Below, piece after piece: positions 39,601 through 49,351 of a stretch of DNA of 64,000 nucleotides (its first letter is position 1; every line of letters starts with the position of its first letter). The position numbers were made by a program, and so were the translations under genes. Under the pieces are notes generated by a model, which ran no database searches, was not told where the DNA came from, and saw nothing but the letters and a program-made list of their open reading frames with translations. Source of the stretch: Niabella sp. (GTDB taxonomy: Bacteria > Bacteroidota > Bacteroidia > Chitinophagales > Chitinophagaceae); assembly GCA_047601605.1 (NCBI GenBank), contig JASGIU010000002.1, forward strand, positions 1,688,370 to 1,752,369. The letters are read 5' to 3'.

Positions 39601-41128
39601 AAACAGCCAAAGGCGTATCCACGCCCATAGAACCTATCGGTTCTTTGCCGTCAACGGCCATGGGTATCAGGATGTTCTCTAAATCCTCGGAGGTGAATCC
39701 AAAAGCTTTCTGATATTTGAAAACCTGATCTTCGCCGAGATTGGTAAACATCACCCTCGGTTCGGGGAGTTCCGCCAAACGGATTTTATGTTTGTTCAAC
39801 CAATCGCCATAAGGCTTTTGGGAGCAAATTTGTTTTTTGAGTTCCTCATCGCTGATGATGCGCCCCTGTTCCATATCCACCACGAACATCTTGCCCGGTT
39901 GCAAGCGGCCTTTTTCTATCACAAGGCTTTGGTCAACTGGCAATGCCCCTGTTTCCGAAGCCATGATGACACGGCCATCGGACGTAACACAATAGCGTGA
40001 GGGACGCAGCCCGTTGCGGTCGAGGGTAGCGCCAATCATCTTGCCATCGGTAAAGGATATGGATGCCGGCCCGTCCCACGGTTCCATCAAACAAGCGTGA
40101 AACTCATAGAATGCCTTTTTCAACGGATCCATGTCTTCATTGCCATCCCACGCCTCGGGAATGAGCATCATCATCACATGCGGCAATGAACGCCCGGTAA
40201 GGGCTAGAAGTTCTATCATATTGTCCAGACAGGCAGAGTCGCTTTGGCCGTGATACACAATCGGCACCAGCATGTCCATCTCCTCTGGCGTGAACAACGG
40301 CGAATCAAAACTCGTCTCGCTGGAACGAAGCCAGTTCAGGTTTCCCTGCAAGGTATTAATTTCCCCGTTGTGCGCAATGAATCGGAAAGGCTGCGCCAAC
40401 TTCCAGGAAGGAAAAGTATTGGTAGCAAAGCGGGAATGCACCAAACCAAAAGCACTGACAGCCCGCTTGTCGGAAAGGTCAAGATAATATTCGCGCACCT
40501 GGTGGCTGGTCAACTGTCCTTTATATATTACCGTGCGGCAAGACAGCGAGGTCACATAAAAACCAATCGGGTCTTTCTTCACCGCGCTCTGCGTCATGTG
40601 AGAAGCATGTTTGCGCAGCACGAACAACTTGCGTTCAAACTCGTCCGCATCTTTGATATGTTCTGGACGTTCGATAAAAACCTGCTCTATGTCAGGCTCT
40701 ACGCCCAGGGCAGAAGGCCCGATGCCGCTATTGTTCACTGGTACGTTCCGCCAGCAAATTACCTTCATGCCCATTTTTTCTGTCGCACGGGTAAAAATGT
40801 CCCGGCATTCCTCCCGCACGCTGATTGATTTCGGGAAGAATATCATGCCCACGGCATAATGTTCCACCTCGGGCAAGGTAATGCCAATCTTGAGGCAATC
40901 ATCATAATATAGCTCATGCGGGATTTGTATCATGATACCGGCACCATCGCCCGTTGTGGGCTCGCAGCCACAGGCACCCCGGTGCTCCATATTCTCCAAA
41001 ATCGTCAAGGCGTCGGATATGGTAGGATGATTTTTGTTGCCTTTTATATTGGCCACAAATCCGATACCACAAGCGTCGCGCTCAAAAGAAGGGTCATAAA
41101 GTCCTTTTTTTTCTGTCATAAATACCAA
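36605..41128 (-). CDS. gltB: Glutamate synthase large subunit
   Basis: N-terminal ERDACGIG (Ntn Cys), HRGACG, AMSFGSIS, KMAQGAKPGEGGQLPG and CIMMRKCHLNTCP. Confidence 0.98.
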   Translation of the reverse strand: MVFMTEKKGLYDPSFERDACGIGFVANIKGNKNHPTISDALTILENMEHRGACGCEPTTGDGAGIMIQIPHELYYDDCLKIGITLPEVEHYAVGMIFFPKSISVREECRDIFTRATEKMGMKVICWRNVPVNNSGIGPSALGVEPDIEQVFIERPEHIKDADEFERKLFVLRKHASHMTQSAVKKDPIGFYVTSLSCRTVIYKGQLTSHQVREYYLDLSDKRAVSAFGLVHSRFATNTFPSWKLAQPFRFIAHNGEINTLQGNLNWLRSSETSFDSPLFTPEEMDMLVPIVYHGQSDSACLDNMIELLALTGRSLPHVMMMLIPEAWDGNEDMDPLKKAFYEFHACLMEPWDGPASISFTDGKMIGATLDRNGLRPSRYCVTSDGRVIMASETGALPVDQSLVIEKGRLQPGKMFVVDMEQGRIISDEELKKQICSQKPYGDWLNKHKIRLAELPEPRVMFTNLGEDQVFKYQKAFGFTSEDLENILIPMAVDGKEPIGSMGVDTPLAVLSDQPQHLSYYFKQLFAQVTNPPIDPIRERMVMSLATFVGNNGSLLIEDEFDCHVVALKQPILTNYELEKLRSIDTGVFQAKTLQCYYVADGKPGSLKRAVDRICQYSEDAVNDGFEVIVLQDRAIDSDHAAIPSLLAVSAVHHHLIRKGLRGKVGLVVEAGDVWEVHHFACLLGFGATAINPYLAFSSIRAMKETDRIKSDLSMEQLEKNYIKAVSDGLLKVFSKMGISTLQSYMGAQIFEIIGLNHEVVDHYFTGATSRIEGMGLDEIAKETLAKHRFAFSRKDVPVNQLPTGGFYQWKRKGEAHMFNPQTVHLLQHSTRMNDYNTFKKYTRLIDEQSERAITIRSLLDFKRSRPSISIDEVEPAENIYKRFATGAMSFGSISWEAHTTLAIAMNRLGGKSNTGEGGEDERRYAPLENGDSMRSAIKQVASGRFGVTSLYLTEADELQIKMAQGAKPGEGGQLPGHKVDDWIGKTRHSTPGVGLISPPPHHDIYSIEDLAQLIFDLKNSNRHARINVKLVSKAGVGTIAAGVTKAKADVVLIAGYDGGTGASPLSSIRHAGLPWELGVAEAQQTLVKNKLRSRVVLQADGQMRSARDIVIATLLGAEEWGVATAALVVEGCIMMRKCHLNTCPVGVATQDPDLRKRFKGNADHVVNFFKFLTQEIRELMAELGFRTIDEMVGHSDELKMRDSINHWKYKNLDLSPILYREEESEGVGIYHYESQDHGLDKILDWKFIEAAKPALERGEKVTASFDIVNTDRAAGTVLSHELTKVYRDKGLPDDTIHFKLKGTAGQSLGAFCNKGITLELEGDANDYFGKGLSGARLVIYPDKQAGFVPEENSIIGNVAFYGATSGEAFIRGKAGERFAVRNSGATVLVEGVGDHGCEYMTGGRVVILGDTGRNFAAGMSGGIAYIYDAGQKFANNCNREMVELDPVDEEDIAFLQDMISRHYTYTGSTVAKFLLDDLENQIRHFVKVFPSDYKKIVLAKKEQKQLA

Positions 41129-41534
41129 TAGTCAGTGTTAAAAATTACATTAGTTTTCGATATGGTGGGCACCGTTGAGTAGCGTAAAGTAATAAAAGAT
41201 GTTCTATTTTTGCCAAAAAGATATATATATTAAATTAAATATAGAAAATATTTAATAAATAATATAAATTATTAAAAACCATCTAACGAAAAACATCCAA
41301 AAAGTAGGGGCTTACGCTACCACAGATTACCCGCACGCTACCCGAAACGACACAATTTAGTCATTTTTTTGTAAAAAAACAGTCCGGGAAAACCTTTGGT
41401 TCTTTTAGAGATAGTTCCACCGATTATTGCAAGTAAGAGAAAACGAAATAACAGATTTTTTAAATTAGGACATTATAACTGACGCATCCCCGTTCAAGCA
41501 AAATACGCCGCCCCGAAAAAACAATGTTCAAACC

Positions 41535-41564
41535 TTTGATAAAAACTTTCAATGCTTATCTTCG
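41535..41564 (+). promoter_or_regulatory. Putative sucC promoter
   Basis: TTTG (41535-38), 18-nt spacer, TATCTTCG (41557-64; one mismatch to TAnnTTTG). Confidence 0.5.
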
Positions 41565-41582
41565 TAGCAAAAGTTATTATTT

Positions 41583-42794
41583 ATGAACCTTCACGAATAT
41601 CAGGCCAAGGAATTATTGAAAAAATACAGCGTACCGGTGCAGGAAGGGTACGCCTGTAGTTCCGTACAGGAAGCCGAAGAAGCTTATCGCAAAATTAAAA
41701 CAGACAGCGGCAGCAAGTTCGCGGTGATAAAAGCCCAAATCCATGCCGGGGGCAGGGGCAAGGGCACGATTAAGGAAACGGGGATCAACGGCGTAAAAGT
41801 TGCCAAATCGCTCGAAGACGTACAGGAATTTTCAAAGGGCATCCTCGGCGGCACATTGGTGACACTGCAAACAGGCCCTTCGGGGAAACTGGTCAACAAG
41901 ATATTCGTGGCACAGGACATGTACTATGACGGCCCTTCTGAAAGGCAAGAGTTTTACCTTTCCATTCTTTTAGACCGCGCCAAGGGGCAAAACGTTATCA
42001 TGTACAGCACCGAAGGCGGCATGAACATAGAGGAAGTTGCCCATCATACACCTGAAAAGATTTTTAAAGAGTGGGTACATCCGTCCGGCGGCTTACTACC
42101 CTTTCAGGCACGCAAAATAGCTTTCAACCTCGGTTTGAAAGGAGATGCTTTCAAGAATTGCGTAAAATTTGTGACAAATCTCTACAACGCTTATGTAGGG
42201 CTTGATTGCAACATGCTTGAAATAAACCCACTTTTTAAAGCCGCTGACGAAAAAATTATCGCGGTTGACTGCAAGATGAACCTTGACGACAACGCCATGA
42301 TGCGGCATGCGGATTTGGCATCGCTGCGCGACATCACGGAAGAAGACCCGACGGAAGTGGAAGCCGGAAAATACAACCTGAACTTTGTGAAATTGGATGG
42401 CAACGTGGGCTGCATGGTAAACGGTGCCGGGCTGGCCATGGCCACGATGGACATGATAAAACTCAGCGGCGGCGAACCCGCCAATTTCCTTGATGTGGGC
42501 GGCACGGCAAACGCACAAACCGTGGAAGCTGGATTTAAAATCATCATGAAAGACCCCGCCGTAAAAGCAATCCTCATCAATATTTTTGGGGGAATCGTTC
42601 GCTGCGACCGTGTGGCCGCCGGGGTTATCGAAGCGTATAACAAACTCGGCAATATAGACATTCCCATCATCGTAAGACTGCAAGGGACTAATGCCGAAGA
42701 GGCAAAGAAATTAATTGATGAAAGCGGACTGAAAGTGCAGTCTGCCATCCTGCTCAGCGAGGCGGCAGATCTTGTGAAAAAGGCCGTTGCCTAA
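41583..42794 (+). CDS. sucC: Succinyl-CoA ligase beta subunit
   Basis: MNLHEYQAK, KAQIHAGGRGK, GCMVNGAGLAMATMD, NFLDVGG and NIFGGIVRCD. sucD is not adjacent. Confidence 0.97.
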   Translation: MNLHEYQAKELLKKYSVPVQEGYACSSVQEAEEAYRKIKTDSGSKFAVIKAQIHAGGRGKGTIKETGINGVKVAKSLEDVQEFSKGILGGTLVTLQTGPSGKLVNKIFVAQDMYYDGPSERQEFYLSILLDRAKGQNVIMYSTEGGMNIEEVAHHTPEKIFKEWVHPSGGLLPFQARKIAFNLGLKGDAFKNCVKFVTNLYNAYVGLDCNMLEINPLFKAADEKIIAVDCKMNLDDNAMMRHADLASLRDITEEDPTEVEAGKYNLNFVKLDGNVGCMVNGAGLAMATMDMIKLSGGEPANFLDVGGTANAQTVEAGFKIIMKDPAVKAILINIFGGIVRCDRVAAGVIEAYNKLGNIDIPIIVRLQGTNAEEAKKLIDESGLKVQSAILLSEAADLVKKAVA

Positions 42795-42808
42795 AATCAC
42801 TTTACCGT

Positions 42809-42843
42809 AAATAAAAAGCCTGCGACATGCAGGCTTTTTATTT
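42809..42843. terminator. Bidirectional intrinsic terminator (sucC/queD)
   Basis: AAATAAAAAGCCTGC-GACAT-GCAGGCTTTTTATTT. Confidence 0.85.
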
Positions 42844-42871
42844 ATAAAATATTTTGGAGACAGATGCACTG

Positions 42872-43297
42872 CTATTCGTCCACCCATTCTGCATAGGAAT
42901 CTTTTGTTTCGTAAATCTTGACACGCACGGGTTTGATGCCTTCGGGCAAAGTTTGGTCAAAAACACTTTTGGCATAAAGCAGGATGTTTTCTGCCGTTGG
43001 CTCAAAATCCCAAACCACTAAATTCTCGTGCGAAGAAAGCTCGGGGTGGGCAGTTATATAATCCTTGGATAAGACCACTTTATGGTCAAGACCTTCCACA
43101 ATCGTCACACCCGCTTTTTTGATGTCCTTAAAATCGAGAATGAAGCCCGGCGCGGGAATAAAACCCTCATGCGGCGCATCGGCGGCCACCGTCACGTGCA
43201 GTTCGTAGGAATGCCCGTGGATATTCTTACACTGCCCGTCGTAACCATGAATGGCATGTGCCGTTTCAAAATGAAAAACCTTTGTCAATCTAATCAT
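42872..43297 (-). CDS. queD: 6-carboxy-5,6,7,8-tetrahydropterin synthase
   Basis: FETAH, CKNIHGHSY, LDH and PTAEN motifs. TATCTTTG promoter at 43346-43353 (minus). Confidence 0.88.
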   Translation of the reverse strand: MIRLTKVFHFETAHAIHGYDGQCKNIHGHSYELHVTVAADAPHEGFIPAPGFILDFKDIKKAGVTIVEGLDHKVVLSKDYITAHPELSSHENLVVWDFEPTAENILLYAKSVFDQTLPEGIKPVRVKIYETKDSYAEWVDE

Positions 43298-43488
43298 GTT
43301 CACCTATTTTATAAAAACCGCCCCAAAGCAGGGTAGCAAAGGTTGCAAAGATATTGTTATATATGGTAAAAAGTCAAAAACAGGGTTAAGAATAGAGTAA
43401 TGATGTGTGTCATAAAACGGATCTGCGGTATAGGATATTACTCAAAGATTTTCTCAAAAAGCAATTATTATAAAGAGTATAATAGTCT

Positions 43489-44609
43489 TTACTTGAGTCC
43501 TTCTTTTACTCCCTGCAACAAGCTGTCTTTTAAAATATCGACGGGGTGAGCCAGCCTCCTTCGCCGTATTCGTTCCAAGCATATAGCATTCCTAACTTTT
43601 CTTTTGTGGCTGTGGTAGGATTTTCGAGTATCCACTTTTTGATACCTGCTATTGAGTTCGTCACCGATGCCTTTGAAAAACCCGTATAATACTTTTCGGC
43701 TTCAGGCGTATCGCTCCAGGGGCGCACGTCCCAATTAAGAGTGGACACAGGAATGCAATAAGCGCCTTTGTTTACAAACTTCGGCCATAACGTTCCATAT
43801 TCTGCCGTAGCCATATTTTCAATAGGTGTGGACATGTCAGCAGAGAAACCGGCAGTGTGGTAATTGTAACCTGTTAGCACATCGCAGCCAACCTGCACCG
43901 CGTAATTAATTCCATTGGCAGACGTAGGTGAAGGACATCCGCCTATTGCAACGTCGGGGAAGCCAAGTGCTTTTACCTCATCCCTAAAAGTAGCAAATTC
44001 ATTCTTGAGGTTTTGTATCGAGCCCCAATTGGTGATCATATTGTTGATATCGAAAAAGATAATGAGCGGTTTGCCATCTACTTTTAAATATGTTTCGTCT
44101 TGAAACCATTTCTTCCAATGTTCTTTAAGTGTTGTCCAATTTTGTGGGTTGATGCGATAGCCATCATGGTTGGCCACGAGAAGGCAAAATTTCAGACGTT
44201 TCTTATTTGGTGCGTTGGCAAATAACGTAATGGCATTGTTGGCCGGCCTGTTTTCGGATAAGTCCTGTGTATTAAAATACCAGCAAAAACTAAAGAAATA
44301 CAATCCTGCATCCGCTGCCAGGTCAATCTGTGCTTTCATGGCATCTGCCGTGTTGGTCACCCACCCCCAAATAGGTCTACGCTCAGGAAAGTCGTTTACA
44401 AGTGCTGGTTTTATATGGTGCGAGTTTTCATACCATCCGCCAAAATAGTAAGCGCCTAACTTTACTAGCGGTGTATCCACTGCAACCGGGTTTTTTGTCG
44501 TGTCAATTGCCGGAGGGTCGGGAATTACATTTTTCTTAGAACTATTGCTGCACGATGCTATCAATAATGTTGAACCTATAATAAAAAAACTATCAGAGAG
44601 CCATTTCAT
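43489..44609 (-). pseudogene. GH99-like/WbsX-type lipoprotein, frameshifted near the 3' end (in-frame ORF 43530-44609)
   Basis: Lipobox IASC, AYYFGGW, QIDLAADAGLYFFSFCWY and YAWNEYGEGG. The -1 frame continues DILKDSLLQGVKEGLK* to 43489. Confidence 0.65.
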
Positions 44610-44743
44610 AAATAAGATTTATGGTATCCTGATAGCCAAAAACCGTGCTAAAAATTATATTCTTAATAGCCAAATCGGTGATTATCCATTTTGGGGTGTC
44701 TCCATATATGGCTATTTTCTCTTAGATTTTTGTCGGTTGGCTT

Positions 44744-45922
44744 TTACACTTCCACCGAAATAGCCAGCCAAGCCATCATTCCCATACCGATTTCAATGGC
44801 ATGTTCATCTACATTGAAAGTGGGTGTATGAACACCGGAAACAATACCTTTCGCTTCGTTCATCACGCCAAGCCTGTAAAAGCATCCGGGGATTAATTGC
44901 GTATAATAGCCAAAGTCCTCGGCACCCATCCTTATTTCAGTAGGCACAACGTCTGAAGGGGCAAGATACTTAGCTGCTGTTTCCTTGGCATTCGCAGATA
45001 ATGTTTCGTTATTATACACGCTGGGATAGCCCACATCAATATGCAAATCCAATTGGCCGCCCATGCTTTCCACCAGATTGTCAGATATCGTCCTGATAAT
45101 TTCATGTGCCTTGAAACGCCATGCTTCGTCCATTGCACGGAACGTTCCTTTTAACTTTACTTCATCGGGGATAACGTTTGTGGTCGTGCCGCCGTTAATG
45201 GCCGTGATGGAAAGCACCGACGGATTATGCGGGTTGTTGCGCCTGCTGATGATTTGCTGCAACGCAATAATAAGGTGAGACGCAATAAGTATCGGGTCAA
45301 TGGCATTTTGCGGAGCAGCCGCGTGGCCGCCCTTCCCTTTGATAGTAAAATAAAGTTCATCTGCACTGGCCATTACCTTGCCGCTGTTGAAACCGACTTT
45401 GCCCACTTCAAGGCCGGGGTGCACATGCAGTCCGAGAATGGCAGACGGGGCGGGATTTTCAAGTACGCCTTCCTTGATCAACAGGCTGGCGCCTCCGGGA
45501 TTTTTTTCCTCGCCGGGTTGAAAAATCAACTTAATAGTTCCTTCCCATTTGCCTTTTAGTTCGTGCAGGATTTTGGCAGCGCCCAGCAGGCAGGTGGTAT
45601 GCACATCGTGCCCGCAGGCGTGCATCACACCATTGTTTTGAGATTTGTAAGGAACATCATTGGCTTCCATAATCGGCAGGGCATCAATATCTGCGCGCAG
45701 CGCGATAATGCGTTTTTCAGGATTTTTGCCTTTCAATAAACCGATAACACCTGTTTGGGCTTTTATCTCAAAAGAGATATCCCAATCTGATAATTTTTGC
45801 TGGATATATTTTGAGGTTTCAAACTCCTGATAACTTAGTTCAGGGTGCGCGTGCAGGTGACGGCGCACCTCTATAAATTCCGAGGCGTACGCTTTTGCCA
45901 ATGATTTAATATCTCCGACCAT
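44744..45922 (-). CDS. M20D amidohydrolase (hippurate hydrolase-like)
   Basis: HPELSYQE, RADIDALP, MHACGHD, FQPGEE, GAEDF and HTPTF. Confidence 0.92.
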   Translation of the reverse strand: MVGDIKSLAKAYASEFIEVRRHLHAHPELSYQEFETSKYIQQKLSDWDISFEIKAQTGVIGLLKGKNPEKRIIALRADIDALPIMEANDVPYKSQNNGVMHACGHDVHTTCLLGAAKILHELKGKWEGTIKLIFQPGEEKNPGGASLLIKEGVLENPAPSAILGLHVHPGLEVGKVGFNSGKVMASADELYFTIKGKGGHAAAPQNAIDPILIASHLIIALQQIISRRNNPHNPSVLSITAINGGTTTNVIPDEVKLKGTFRAMDEAWRFKAHEIIRTISDNLVESMGGQLDLHIDVGYPSVYNNETLSANAKETAAKYLAPSDVVPTEIRMGAEDFGYYTQLIPGCFYRLGVMNEAKGIVSGVHTPTFNVDEHAIEIGMGMMAWLAISVEV

Positions 45923-45943
45923 TTGACAAAAATAAGGCTTTTG

Positions 45944-47359
45944 TCAGGGTGTCGTTTTAACAGGGATTCTTTTTTTGATGTTGCGGACAGAAACGCCATC
46001 TCTGGGCGAGAGCTTAAGATATTCAAATAAAGTAAGAAGCCCCAATGCACCAATCAAAGCAAATGCCAGATGAAAGTCCTTCACCTGATAATTAAAGTTT
46101 GTATGATTAATGAGGCTTGCGGTGCGCAGTGAAATAGCACCCAGCGTAATGCCCATACCGAGCGACATTTGTTGTGCGGTACTGTACAAGGTGTTGGCGT
46201 TGTTCATTCTTTCCGCAGGCACATCGGCATAAGCTAATGTGTTCAGACTGCTGAACTGTACAGAGCGTATCATGCCGGAAATAAACAATACTGTTATAAT
46301 CATCCAATGCGGTGTTTCGGGGAACAATAGAACCATTGCAAAGGAAGACAGGCTAAGCAGGATAGTGTTCACCACCAATACGGCCCGGAAAGAAAAATTC
46401 TTGGTAATCCACACCGTTGCGGGTTTCATGGATAGGTTGCCAATCATCGTGGCCATCAGCAGCGTGCCCGATTGAAAAGCGTTTAACCCAAAACCTACCT
46501 GAAACATCATCGGTGTCAGGAAAGGTGCCATGCCGATGACCATCCTCGTAAGCGAGCCGGAGTATATGGTAACCGCGTAGGTCTTCGTCCTCATTTCCGT
46601 AAAGTCAATTAATGGGTACTTGGTTTTTTTTGTATGTCGATAAAAGGCATAAAAAACACTCGCACTTGCCAGCACCAACAGTGTGCTTGTGGTAAAGGAC
46701 AGCATTCTGTTACTGATGCTTTCCAGTCCTATCATAAAACCAATCATGCCGATGGTGCTCAGTATAAAACCTTTAAAGTCCAGTGGCTTTTTCTTATATT
46801 CCTTTGTATCGGGGATGAATTTCAGCACCAACAGAAAGGCGATAATGCCTAACGGTACATTGATAAAAAATATCCAGTGCCAGGAAAAATAGGTAGTGAT
46901 GTAGCCGCCCACAAAAGGCCCGATGATGGGGCCGATAAGCCCGGGCCATGTAATAAAGGCGATAGCGCTTACCAAATCATGCTTGGCCGTATTGCGTAAA
47001 ACAGATAGTCTACCCACCGGCACCATCATAGAGCCGAAGATGCCTTGCAGCGTACGAGCCAGTGTAAATGTTACCAGATTGTAACTAAATCCGCACAATA
47101 CAGAAGAAACCACAAAGCCTAATATAGCCGTACCGAATACTTTTTTCAGTCCGAACCGTTCGGTAATCCACCCGCTGACGGGGATGAACACTGCCAGCAT
47201 AATGATGTATGTAGAAACACCGATACTTAAATGAAGGGGGTCGGCATGAAAAGATTTTGCCATTTGCGGAAGAGCAGTGGTAATTACCGTCCCATCTAAG
47301 TTTTCCATCAGAAAAGTGCCGCCTACAATTAAAGAAACCGTAAGTGCTTTTCGCTCCAT
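45944..47359 (-). CDS. DHA2-family MFS efflux transporter
   Basis: FLMENLDGTV, LARTLQG, PVGRL and WIFFINVPLG. TACTTTTG promoter at 47367-47374. Confidence 0.9.
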   Translation of the reverse strand: MERKALTVSLIVGGTFLMENLDGTVITTALPQMAKSFHADPLHLSIGVSTYIIMLAVFIPVSGWITERFGLKKVFGTAILGFVVSSVLCGFSYNLVTFTLARTLQGIFGSMMVPVGRLSVLRNTAKHDLVSAIAFITWPGLIGPIIGPFVGGYITTYFSWHWIFFINVPLGIIAFLLVLKFIPDTKEYKKKPLDFKGFILSTIGMIGFMIGLESISNRMLSFTTSTLLVLASASVFYAFYRHTKKTKYPLIDFTEMRTKTYAVTIYSGSLTRMVIGMAPFLTPMMFQVGFGLNAFQSGTLLMATMIGNLSMKPATVWITKNFSFRAVLVVNTILLSLSSFAMVLLFPETPHWMIITVLFISGMIRSVQFSSLNTLAYADVPAERMNNANTLYSTAQQMSLGMGITLGAISLRTASLINHTNFNYQVKDFHLAFALIGALGLLTLFEYLKLSPRDGVSVRNIKKRIPVKTTP

Positions 47360-47502
47360 ATTCACGCAAAAGTAAGACCTATTTTGTTAATGATATGATA
47401 GATTGATGTATCATGTAGCAGTGCTGTTTATCAAAATGTATGATAGGCCGATTGCCGCTGTTGCCATGAATGTTGTATTTTGCGCTTCAAAAACTATTAA
47501 AT

Positions 47503-48150
47503 ATGGCTTTAGTTGCCGCGTCGGTATTGGCTGCCGATTTTTTGAAACTTGCAGACGAATGTGAAATGGTGAACGAAAGTGCCGCCGACTGGTTTCATGT
47601 GGATGTAATGGACGGGCATTTTGTCCCCAATATCAGTTTTGGGCCGATGGTACTTGCCTTTATCAAAAAGATAGCCACAAAACCCTGTGATGTGCATCTG
47701 ATGATTGAGCAGCCCTCAAGGTATTTCGAGGCGTTCCAAAAAGCAGGGGCAGACCACTTGGCGGTGCATCTGGAAGCCTGTCCCATGCTGCATCAGGACA
47801 TCATGCAGATAAAGGCACTTGGCATGAAGCCCGGTGTGGCCATCAACCCCCACACGCCAGTTTCGCTTCTAAGTGAAATCATACAGGAACTGCACGAGGT
47901 AATCGTGATGAGCGTGAACCCGGGTTTTGGCGGTCAGCAGTTTATTCCGCATACATTGGAAAAAATAAAAGAGCTTAGGGCATTGATGCAGGCTAAAAAT
48001 ACGAATGCGCATATCGTGATTGATGGCGGGGTGAACGCAAGCAACGCGCCCGACATATTACAGGCCGGGGCAGATGTGCTGGTGGCGGGTAGTTTTGTGT
48101 TTGGCGCCAGTGACCCGAAAGGTACGGTTGCGGCACTGAAAGCATTATAA
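47503..48150 (+). CDS. rpe: Ribulose-phosphate 3-epimerase
   Basis: HVDVMDGHFVPN, DVHLMI, MSVNPGFGGQ, DGG and VAGS. Confidence 0.96.
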   Translation: MALVAASVLAADFLKLADECEMVNESAADWFHVDVMDGHFVPNISFGPMVLAFIKKIATKPCDVHLMIEQPSRYFEAFQKAGADHLAVHLEACPMLHQDIMQIKALGMKPGVAINPHTPVSLLSEIIQELHEVIVMSVNPGFGGQQFIPHTLEKIKELRALMQAKNTNAHIVIDGGVNASNAPDILQAGADVLVAGSFVFGASDPKGTVAALKAL

Positions 48151-48233
48151 AGAAGCTAATAGTAAACATTCCAATGTTGTGGCTACTTTTTTACAGAGCT
48201 TCCACACCTATGTATAAAATAAAGTAAATAGAA

Positions 48234-49217
48234 ATGAAATCCTATAAATGCCTGCTTATAACGGAAGAAGAGGGGCGTTTCTCTCAAACGATAGCTACGC
48301 GTTCTTTGGATGATTTGCCCGCAGGCGATGTGCTGATTCGCGTGCATTATTCCTCCTTAAATTATAAAGATGCCATGTCCGCAACGGGGAAAAAGGGCGT
48401 GACGCCGAAGTATCCCCATACGCCCGGTATTGATGCGGCGGGCGTTGTGGAGCTTTCAACCGATAGTAGATATCAGGCAGGTGATGAAGTACTGGTAACA
48501 GGCTTTGACCTCGGTATGGGCACGAGCGGCGGCTTTGCGCAATATATCCGCGTTCCGGCTGATTGGGTGGTGAAGTTGCCCATAGGACTAAGCCTTCGGG
48601 ATAGCATGGTTTATGGCACGGCAGGCTTTACTGCCGGATTAAGTGTAGGTGCGTTGCTGAATAACGGTGTTTCTCCACAAAAAGGAATCGTTGCCGTGAC
48701 GGGCGCTTCAGGAGGAGTGGGGTCGCTTGCGGCGGCCATGCTGAAAAAACTTGGGTTCAGGGTGGCGGCAATTAGCGGCAAGGGAAATATTTCTTCTTTT
48801 TTTGGGTCAATAGGCGTGGATGAGATTATTCCTCGGGCGGAAATAGAAGAAAGTTTTGGACGGCCTTTGCTAAAGCCAAGATTTGCGGGGGTGGTAGATA
48901 CCGTTGGAGGCAAAATGCTCGCGGCATTGCTTAGCAGCCTTCAATATGGTGGTGCGGCCAGCACTTGTGGCATGTTGAACGGCACCGAAGTGCCTGCCAG
49001 TATTTTTCCGTTTATATTGCGTGGCGTTAAACTTATAGGTATTGATTCGGTGCAATTGCCGCTTGAAGAGCGATTACAGATATGGGAACATCTTGCCACG
49101 GATTGGCGTCCTGCAAATCTGGAAGTTTCGGAAATTACGCTGGAAGAACTACCGACCGTGTTTAACAGCATCCTGAATGGACAAATGAAAGGGAAGTGCG
49201 TGGTGCGGATAGATTGA
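48234..49217 (+). CDS. acuI: YhdH/AcuI-family NADPH:quinone/acrylyl-CoA reductase
   Basis: SSLNYKDA, PGIDAAG, GTAGFTA, TGASGGVGS and PFILRGVKLIGIDS. Confidence 0.85.
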   Translation: MKSYKCLLITEEEGRFSQTIATRSLDDLPAGDVLIRVHYSSLNYKDAMSATGKKGVTPKYPHTPGIDAAGVVELSTDSRYQAGDEVLVTGFDLGMGTSGGFAQYIRVPADWVVKLPIGLSLRDSMVYGTAGFTAGLSVGALLNNGVSPQKGIVAVTGASGGVGSLAAAMLKKLGFRVAAISGKGNISSFFGSIGVDEIIPRAEIEESFGRPLLKPRFAGVVDTVGGKMLAALLSSLQYGGAASTCGMLNGTEVPASIFPFILRGVKLIGIDSVQLPLEERLQIWEHLATDWRPANLEVSEITLEELPTVFNSILNGQMKGKCVVRID

Positions 49218-49295
49218 TTTGCTGAACCGGGAAAATCCCATTGCAATCTGCAAGTCTTTTTTCTTATAATTCTATTCGTAGATTAAACCTAAATG

Positions 49296-49323
49296 AAAAA
49301 GCCCACTCGGGTAACGAGCGGGC
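49296..49323 (-). terminator. Intrinsic terminator after rpsG
   Basis: GCCCGCTCG-TTACC-CGAGTGGGC-TTTTT on the minus strand. Confidence 0.85.
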
Positions 49324-49351
49324 AAATCTTCAAGTTCGTAATATTTATAAC

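Noticed and set aside
41200-41290. Extremely AT-rich tract between gltB and sucC as a possible origin or foreign DNA
   Set aside because: No DnaA boxes or iterons were seen; it is consistent with a divergent promoter region.
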